Below are positions 57,199 through 64,000 of a stretch of DNA of 64,000 nucleotides, piece after piece; the first letter of the stretch is position 1; every line of letters starts with the position of its first letter. A program made the translations under genes and the position numbers. The notes below the pieces were generated by a model. It did no database searches. It worked only from the letters and a program-made list of their open reading frames with translations, and was not told the DNA's origin. The stretch is from contig CAVTRY010000013.1 in the NCBI GenBank assembly GCA_963737265.1, positions 160,001 through 224,000 on the forward strand. Direction: 5' to 3'. The stretch is from an uncultured delta proteobacterium (GTDB lineage: Bacteria > Myxococcota_A > Polyangia > Fen-1088).

Positions 57199-60100
57199 GA
57201 CGCTGCCTCCACGGGCGTGCGATGGCGGCGGATGTCGCCCGCAGCTCGGCTTGCCGCCTCGGCGCCGGTCTCGGCTTGCGCCAGGGCCGGCATGATTTCA
57301 TCGGCTCCCGTTTCCGACGCCGGCCGCGGCTTGAGCTTGAAAACGTGCCGCAACTTCCCCGCCGCATCGTCGAACAGCGAGTAGGCAACCGGCGTGGCCA
57401 GCAAGGTGAGCAAGAGCGACAGGATCTGCCCGCCCACCACCGGCCCCGCGGTAGCGCGGTTGAACTCGGCGCCGATCCCCTTCGAAATCACCAGCGGCAA
57501 CATGCCGGCCACGAAAGCCAGCGTCGTCATCAAGATGGGTCGCAGACGATCCTTGTTTCCCTGCAGAATGGCCTCGAAGCGCGGCATTCCCTCGGCGCGC
57601 AGTTGGTTGATGTGATCGATTTGAAGGATGGCGTTCTTTTTCACCACCCCGAACAGCACTAGGATTCCCAGCATGGTGAAGATGTTGAGCTCTTGGCGCA
57701 GCAGCAGCAGGGACATGAGCGCGAAGGGAACGGTGAGCGGCAGCGCGAGGAGGATGGTGACCGGGTGGAGCCACGATTCGAACTGCGCGGCCAAAATCAG
57801 GTACATGAAGACGAAGGCCAGCGCAAAGGCGATGCCGAAGTTGCGCGCGGTCCGCCCAATTTCCTTCGACTGCCCGAGCGGCACGAAGCCATATTCGGCG
57901 GGCAGGTGCATGTCTTTCACCGCCTTTTCGAACGCCGTGCCCACTTCGCCGCCGCCCACGCCGGGCGCGGTGTTGGCGTAGAAGGTGACCTGGCGCTGGC
58001 GCGCGTAGCGATTGACTTGCGACGGACCCTCGGCGCGCCTCAGGCTGACCACATCGAGCAATGGCACCGTGCCGAGCTTGCTGGACGGCACGCTCAGCAG
58101 TGCCAGCGCCTCGGTGCTGGTGCGGTAGCTGTCGTCGGCGCGCACCAGGATGTCGTATTCGTTGCCTTGCTCCTCGTAGCGCGACACCTTCACGCCGCCG
58201 ACGAGAAGCTGCGCCGCCTGCGCGACGTCCGCCACATTCACGCCAAGGTCGGCGGCCTTGCGCCTGTTCACCGTGGCCTCCACCTCCGGGTTGCCGGTGA
58301 CCAGGGAAGTATCGACGTCGACGGTGCCGGGGATCGCCCTGAGCTTCTTGGTCGCTTCGGAAGCGTAGGCAGTCAGCTTCTCCAGATCCGGCCCGGTCAT
58401 GATGTACTGAACCGTCGCCGCGCTGAAGCCGCCGCCCGTGAAGGCGGACACTGCCAGCACCTGGATGCGGTAGTCCTTGGGTTGCTGGGGAACGATCTCG
58501 CGTCGGACTTTGTCTTGCAGCTCGTCCTGCGAAAGCTTGCGCTGATCGGGCGGCACCAGGCGCACGAAGACCTTCGCCAAGTTGGGCGTCTTCTCGGCGT
58601 TGTCGCCGATGGTGAGAACGGTGGCCGTCACCTCGGGCCAGGTGCGCACGTCGCGGGCGATGCGCTCGACGGCCAGGTTGGTGGCAGCCAGACTCGTGCC
58701 TTCCGGCGTGCGCACCGTGATCTCGAACTGCGCCTCGTCGTTCTTGGGCAAAAAGCCCTTGGGCACGGCCTTCATAAGCGGGATGCAGGAGCCAAGCGTC
58801 GCGCCGGCCGCGACCACGACCACCCAGCGGTGGTTCATCACCCACGCCAAGAGCCGCATGTACGCCGCTTCGATGGGCCGGTAGAAGACGTCCACCACGC
58901 GTTCAAGAAAGTACTTCTTGCGCTGGCCCGCCGGCAGCGGATCCATGCGTAGCCAGCGCGAGGCCAACATCGGGGTCAGGCTGAAGCTGACGAACAGCGA
59001 GATGGCGATGGCCGCCGCCATCGTGAGGCCGAAACTCTTCAAGAATCGCCCGGGAATGCCGCCCATGAAAGCCACCGGCATGAACACCGCCAGCAGCGAC
59101 AGGGTGGTCGCCAGCACCGCCAGGCCGATCTCTCGCGTGGCATAGATCGCCGCCGGCATGGGCCGCACCTTCTTCTCGTCGATGAAGCGGAAGATGTTTT
59201 CCAGCACCACGATGGCGTCGTCGATGACGATGCCGACCGCCAGCGCGAGCGCCAGCAAGGTGATGGTGTTCATGGTGAAGCCCATCATCCACATCGCCAT
59301 GAAGGTACCGATGATCGACGTGGGAATGGCCAGTGCCGCGATGAGCGTGCTGCGCACGTTGCCGAGAAACAGCAGCACGACCAAGGCGGCGAGGAACGCG
59401 CCCAACACCAGGTGCTCGCGCACGGCCCCGACGCTGGTGCGCGTGGTTTCGGTGTTGTCGCGAATGACTTGCAGGTGGTAGCCCGAGGGAAGCGTCTTCT
59501 GCACATCGACGAGGCGGTCGCGCAGGGCATCGACCACGGCCACGCTGTTTTCGCCCGATTGCTTGCGAATCGACAGCAGCACCGCCTGCTTCCCGTCGAG
59601 CAGCGCCGAGCTCTCTGCCTCCTCCTCGCCGTCGACGACGCGCGCCAGATCGCGCACCAAAATGGGGTGCCCCTCGGCCTGCCGGACCACGATGTCGTTC
59701 ACCGCGTCCACGCTGCTGACCCGCCCGCGCACGCGAAAAACCAACCGCCGTGGTCCGGTATCGATGGCGCCGCCGGGAGCCGTCACGTTCTGGGCTACGA
59801 TGGCGCGCTGGACGTCGCTGGCGGTCAGTCCCGCCGAGCGCAGCTTGCTTGGATCCAAGTAAACTTGAATCTGGCGCTTGCGGCCGCCGACGATGGTCAC
59901 CTGGCCGACGCCCGAAACGTTCTCGAGCGCTTGACGAATCTTCTTGTCGGCAAGCTCGGTGATCTCGCGTATGGGACGCGTCGACTCGACGGCGACGAAC
60001 AGCACTGGAGCCGCGTCGGGGTCTAGCTTGCTCACCACGGGCGTGTCCGTTCCCTGCGGCAGGTCGGCCAGAATCGTCGCCAAGTGATCGCGCACTTCTT

Positions 60101-60419
60101 GGGCGGCGACATCCACGTTCTTGTCGAGCAGGAAGGTGATGAAGACTTGCGAGACGCCTTCGGTGGACGTCGATCGCAATTCGTCGATCCCGCTTAGGGT
60201 GTTGACCGCTTCCTCGATTCGGTCGGTTAGCTCGGTTTCGATCTCCTCGGGCGCGGCGCCGCGAAGCGTCGTGACGACCGATACCACGGGCAAATCCACG
60301 TTGGGGAAGCGGTCGACGTTGAGCTTGCCGTAGCCGACCAGGCCGACCACCAGCACGCACAAAATGAGAACGGTTGCAAAGATCGGACGCCTGACGCTGA
60401 CGCTGGCCAACCACTGCAT
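57195..60419 (-). CDS. RND efflux permease (AcrB/D/F family)
   Basis: 1074 aa. 'SVRRPIFA', 'GIVIDDAIVVLEN', 'KNAIL', 'RLRPILMTT'. Confidence 0.96.
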   Translation of the reverse strand: MQWLASVSVRRPIFATVLILCVLVVGLVGYGKLNVDRFPNVDLPVVSVVTTLRGAAPEEIETELTDRIEEAVNTLSGIDELRSTSTEGVSQVFITFLLDKNVDVAAQEVRDHLATILADLPQGTDTPVVSKLDPDAAPVLFVAVESTRPIREITELADKKIRQALENVSGVGQVTIVGGRKRQIQVYLDPSKLRSAGLTASDVQRAIVAQNVTAPGGAIDTGPRRLVFRVRGRVSSVDAVNDIVVRQAEGHPILVRDLARVVDGEEEAESSALLDGKQAVLLSIRKQSGENSVAVVDALRDRLVDVQKTLPSGYHLQVIRDNTETTRTSVGAVREHLVLGAFLAALVVLLFLGNVRSTLIAALAIPTSIIGTFMAMWMMGFTMNTITLLALALAVGIVIDDAIVVLENIFRFIDEKKVRPMPAAIYATREIGLAVLATTLSLLAVFMPVAFMGGIPGRFLKSFGLTMAAAIAISLFVSFSLTPMLASRWLRMDPLPAGQRKKYFLERVVDVFYRPIEAAYMRLLAWVMNHRWVVVVAAGATLGSCIPLMKAVPKGFLPKNDEAQFEITVRTPEGTSLAATNLAVERIARDVRTWPEVTATVLTIGDNAEKTPNLAKVFVRLVPPDQRKLSQDELQDKVRREIVPQQPKDYRIQVLAVSAFTGGGFSAATVQYIMTGPDLEKLTAYASEATKKLRAIPGTVDVDTSLVTGNPEVEATVNRRKAADLGVNVADVAQAAQLLVGGVKVSRYEEQGNEYDILVRADDSYRTSTEALALLSVPSSKLGTVPLLDVVSLRRAEGPSQVNRYARQRQVTFYANTAPGVGGGEVGTAFEKAVKDMHLPAEYGFVPLGQSKEIGRTARNFGIAFALAFVFMYLILAAQFESWLHPVTILLALPLTVPFALMSLLLLRQELNIFTMLGILVLFGVVKKNAILQIDHINQLRAEGMPRFEAILQGNKDRLRPILMTTLAFVAGMLPLVISKGIGAEFNRATAGPVVGGQILSLLLTLLATPVAYSLFDDAAGKLRHVFKLKPRPASETGADEIMPALAQAETGAEAASRAAGDIRRHRTPVEAAS

Positions 60420-60426
60420 GGCAGTC

Positions 60427-61551
60427 TCACTTCACGCGCGCGCCGTCGCGGATGTCGGGGGTAAGCTCGGCAACGACCCTGTCGCCTGTCTTCAGCCCAT
60501 CCACCACCGGTACGAGCCCGCTTCTGGCCTCCGCGATCTGCACCAAGCGATCTTCGAGGCGGCCGCCAACGCTGACGAATACGTGACGTTGGCTGCCCTC
60601 GATGCGCACGGCCGCTTCCGGTACGCCTGGCAGCGTCTGCTCGCCTAATTCCAGCTTGGCGGTCACGAACATCCCCGGCCGCAGCTCGTGAGCTCCGTTT
60701 TCGACGAAGGCCTCCACCAGTGCGTCGCGAGTTTGCTGGCGCACCGATGGACCAATGTAGCGGATCTTGCCTCGGTAGGCGCGCCCCGGGTCGCCGGCCG
60801 CGGTCCGGAATTCCACCTTCATATCCTGGCGCACCTGCACGAGATCCGCCTCGGGAACGGTCAACTCGACCCGCAAGGCGTCGACGTCGACCAAGGTGAC
60901 CACCGGCGAGTCGGCCTTCACGTACTCGCCCGCCGTCACGTTTCGCTCTACCACCAGCCCGGCAAAGGGCGCGCGGATCTGCGTGTCCTGCAAAGCCTCT
61001 GCCGTGAGCGTCTTGCGTGCCTCCGCCGCCGACTCGGACCACCGGGTCGTCTCGCATTGGGTGTGGGCGCGATCGTATTCCGCCTTGGCAATGGCGCCCT
61101 TGTCAAACATACGCTGGGTGCGAGCGCAGTCGAGCTCAGCCTGTGTCCGCTGCGCCTTGAGCGACTTGAGCTGCGCCGCCGCTTCTTGCGCCTGGGCGCG
61201 CACCGCACGCGCGTCGAGCTGCACCAGCACCGCACCCTTCTGCACCACCTGGCCGCGTTCGACGAAGGTCGCGATCACCTTGCCCGCCGCACCCGCTGCG
61301 ACCTTCGCCTGTTCATTTGCGGTGAGCGTCCCCGAAACGTTCAGCACCCGCGGAATCTTGATATCCGATGCCGTCGCCAGCTTCACGTCGAGACTGGGCA
61401 CGGCCTCGGCCAGCGATCGTGTTTGGCCCGAGGCGCGGCTGCACGCGGAATAAATCGCCGCGCCGGCGAGAACGGCCACCAGCGGCGTGACGGAACGAAT
61501 CGATGGGTAAACATACGTCTTGATCATAGGACTCACTTTCGTCTCTGCCAT
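60427..61551 (-). CDS. RND periplasmic adaptor (membrane fusion protein)
   Basis: 'GQVVQKGAVLVQLD', 'IRAPFAG', 'LRPGMF', 'GLKTGDRVV'. Confidence 0.93.
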   Translation of the reverse strand: MAETKVSPMIKTYVYPSIRSVTPLVAVLAGAAIYSACSRASGQTRSLAEAVPSLDVKLATASDIKIPRVLNVSGTLTANEQAKVAAGAAGKVIATFVERGQVVQKGAVLVQLDARAVRAQAQEAAAQLKSLKAQRTQAELDCARTQRMFDKGAIAKAEYDRAHTQCETTRWSESAAEARKTLTAEALQDTQIRAPFAGLVVERNVTAGEYVKADSPVVTLVDVDALRVELTVPEADLVQVRQDMKVEFRTAAGDPGRAYRGKIRYIGPSVRQQTRDALVEAFVENGAHELRPGMFVTAKLELGEQTLPGVPEAAVRIEGSQRHVFVSVGGRLEDRLVQIAEARSGLVPVVDGLKTGDRVVAELTPDIRDGARVK

Positions 61552-61683
61552 TCAGATGTCCGAGCCGGCCGGACGTTTCGAGTGACCTCATGACGCTTGC
61601 GGTCCCCGCCGTCGCTGTTGCCGAATTGGAGCTGGCACGCGGCCCACCGGTGGTCTATGTTGAGTGCTTACTCAGTTCGAGCC

Positions 61684-64000
61684 CTATGAATATCGCCCGA
61701 GCCACCGCTGGCTTGGTCCGTCCAGCTTGTCGGGCACGGGCACCAAGAAGCGCATCCCGAACGAATCGGTAATCACATGGCGGCCGTCCTCTAGCTTGCG
61801 GATGTGGTCTTCCTGGTCCACCACGAACGTCCGCGGGCCGCGATCGGTGACGACGTGCCATTCGGACCAGGTCGCTTCGTGCATCACGCGCTCGATGCGC
61901 CTGACCTCGGGCAAGAATTCGCTGTTGGCCAGGACGGCCAGCAGCGCCTGGCGGGAGTCTTCCGCCAGCGCGGCCAAATTCTCGATACAGGCGCGGTCGT
62001 GGCCGCGCTCGCCTATCAGGCACACGAAAGTATTGGGGCTGGTCAAAGGGAAACAGCGGCGGGGCACGACCCTGTCGCGCTGCCGGCTACGACGGTCGAC
62101 CGCCCACAGATTTCCGTCGCCGTCGCGCTCGATCAGCAGATCCGCGACCTCGATGCGTGGCTGAGTTGCATGCTCAATCTGCTCCGGCTCCTTCGCCGCA
62201 TCTTCTGCCGCATCTTCCACTGCATCTTCCGCCGCGCCAAGCTCCGGCCGCGCCGGCGCCGACATCTGCGCGCGATGCAGGCGCGCGTACTCGCCGTCCA
62301 GCGCCAGCAATTCGGCGTGCGTCCCGCGTTCGGCCAGGCGGCCGTCCTTGATCACCAGCAGCACATCCGCCTTGCGCAGCGTACTCAGGCGGTGGGCGAT
62401 GGCGATGGTGGTGCGGCCGGCGACCACGTTGTCGAGCGCGCGCTGGATCTCGCGCTCGGTGTGCGTGTCCACCGCCGACGTCGCTTCGTCGAGTACCAGG
62501 ATGCGCGGGTCGACCAGGATGGCGCGCGCGATGGCGATGCGCTGGCGCTCGCCGCCCGACAGCGACTGTCCGCGCTCGCCCACCAGGGAATCGTAAACCT
62601 CCGGCAATTTTAGCACGAAGTCGTGCGCGTGCGCCGCGCGCGCCGCCTCGATGATCTGCGCGCCGGCGGCGCCGGGCTGGCCGTAGCCAATGTTGTCCGC
62701 GATGGTGCCGAAGAACAGAAACGGCTCCTGCAACACGATGCCGATGTGCTTGCGATAGGCCTCGATGGACAGGCGGCGGATGTCGGTGCCATCCACGCAC
62801 ACCGCGCCCGCGGATACGTCGTAGAAGCGACAGAGCAAATTGGCGACGGTGCTCTTGCCCGAGCCGGTGTGGCCCACGATGCCCACCATCTGGCCCGGCG
62901 CCACGGTGAAGCTGACGTCGTCGAGCACCAGGCGACTGCCGTAGCGGAACGAGACGCGGTCGAAGCGAATCTCGCCGCGCAGGTCGGGAATCGGCACCGG
63001 ATCCTTGGGATCGAGCACGCTTGGCACGCGGTCCAAAATTTCGAACAGGCGTTGCGCCGCCGCCGACGCGCGCTGGGTTGCGGTCAGCATGCGGCTCATG
63101 CTTTCGACCCGCGTGTAGAAACGGCTGATATAGGCGATGAATGCGGTCAACACGCCGACCGTGATTTGTTGGTGTAGCACCTGGCGCGCACCCACGCCCC
63201 AAACCACCAACAAGCCAATCTGGTTGAGCAGCGCGACCACCGGCCAGAAGAACGTCCACAGGGCATTGTTGCGGTTGTTCACGTCGACGATACGCTGGTT
63301 GGCCTGGGCGAAGCGCGCGATCTCGCGCCGCTCTTGCGAAAACGCCTTCACCACGCGAATGCCGGGAATGGTGTCGGCCAGGATGTTGGTCATGGCGGAC
63401 CACACGCGCCCGCCGCGCAGAAATCCGTGGGTCAGCTTGCCGCGAATGCGGATGATGAGCCACGCGATGGGCGGAAACGAAACGATGGCCGCCGCCGCCA
63501 GCAGCGGGTCGAGCGTGACTAGCACCGCGCACGTGCCCACGATCATGAGAACGTCGGTGACGAAGTCGATGAGCGTGTCCGAGAGGAACGAACAAAGGTG
63601 GTCGGTGTCCGAGCTGATGCGCGCGATGAGATCGCCGGTGCGCTTGCCGCCGAAATATTCGAGGCTCAATTTCTGAAGGTGCGTAAATGTCCGGTTACGC
63701 AGATCCGCGGCCACCTTCTCTGTCACGAACGCCAACAGAGCCCCCTGCGCCCAGGCCAAAAGCCACGCAACCACCGCGGCGCCGCCGAGTCCGCCCAAGT
63801 AGAGCAGCACCTTGGGCATCGCCGTCTCGAGCGTAAGTTGCCCGGCCTGGCCCGGCACCAGCACGCGATCCACGAGCGGCATGGTCAGGTAGGGTGGAAC
63901 GAGCCCGGCGGCCGTGCTCGCCAACGTCAGCAGCAGACCCACCAGCACCGCGCCGAGGTGCGGGCGCACGAATCCCATCAGGCGAAAAAGCGGGAATCGC
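61684..64000 (-). CDS. ABC exporter (TMD+NBD) fused to a C-terminal DUF1854-like domain; 5' end outside the window
   Basis: 'GHTGSGKST', 'LSGGERQR', 'LDEATS', then '[10 protein letters not shown]...F.P.V.RI...W.V.TDRG.R.F...ITD..G.RF'. The frame is open to the window edge. Confidence 0.9.
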   Translation of the reverse strand, partial: RFPLFRLMGFVRPHLGAVLVGLLLTLASTAAGLVPPYLTMPLVDRVLVPGQAGQLTLETAMPKVLLYLGGLGGAAVVAWLLAWAQGALLAFVTEKVAADLRNRTFTHLQKLSLEYFGGKRTGDLIARISSDTDHLCSFLSDTLIDFVTDVLMIVGTCAVLVTLDPLLAAAAIVSFPPIAWLIIRIRGKLTHGFLRGGRVWSAMTNILADTIPGIRVVKAFSQERREIARFAQANQRIVDVNNRNNALWTFFWPVVALLNQIGLLVVWGVGARQVLHQQITVGVLTAFIAYISRFYTRVESMSRMLTATQRASAAAQRLFEILDRVPSVLDPKDPVPIPDLRGEIRFDRVSFRYGSRLVLDDVSFTVAPGQMVGIVGHTGSGKSTVANLLCRFYDVSAGAVCVDGTDIRRLSIEAYRKHIGIVLQEPFLFFGTIADNIGYGQPGAAGAQIIEAARAAHAHDFVLKLPEVYDSLVGERGQSLSGGERQRIAIARAILVDPRILVLDEATSAVDTHTEREIQRALDNVVAGRTTIAIAHRLSTLRKADVLLVIKDGRLAERGTHAELLALDGEYARLHRAQMSAPARPELGAAEDAVEDAAEDAAKEPEQIEHATQPRIEVADLLIERDGDGNLWAVDRRSRQRDRVVPRRCFPLTSPNTFVCLIGERGHDRACIENLAALAEDSRQALLAVLANSEFLPEVRRIERVMHEATWSEWHVVTDRGPRTFVVDQEDHIRKLEDGRHVITDSFGMRFLVPVPDKLDGPSQRWLGRYS

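Overview
GC-rich bacterial window whose gene content (DAG/DAA-linker lipoproteins, a Ser/Thr kinase with FHA-sigma54 activator and TPR/PEGA module, TonB-C protein) suggests a Myxococcota/Polyangia-like organism. A sensory [FeFe]-hydrogenase-like chemoreceptor and a PPi-type phosphofructokinase hint at an anoxic lifestyle (inference). In order: an outer-membrane anion-uptake-like operon (ABC ATPase end, binding lipoprotein, porin, TonB receptor); a 2-oxoacid dehydrogenase cluster; esterase-glpK-ArsA; a complete but frameshifted IS4-family element (17-bp IRs, 11-bp target duplication) inserted in a five-hairpin non-coding element; a hydrogenase-MCP fusion; a sigma54-controlled pair of large secreted proteins that may form a split vitellogenin/lipid-transfer-like system; an SPFH pair; a putative Pho-box-controlled phosphate-scavenging locus; FIST, YfhO, RlmN-like and pfp genes; a 43-bp higher-order tandem repeat. 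The repeat is followed by an integrase-less integron array (attI-like site, 4 attC sites, HNH, TM2, toxin-antitoxin and methyltransferase cassettes) whose last attC is interrupted by a truncated group IIC intron. The window ends with a DCC1-LMF fusion, an RND efflux operon and an ABC-DUF1854 fusion. All calls come from reading the sequence by eye; no searches were run.
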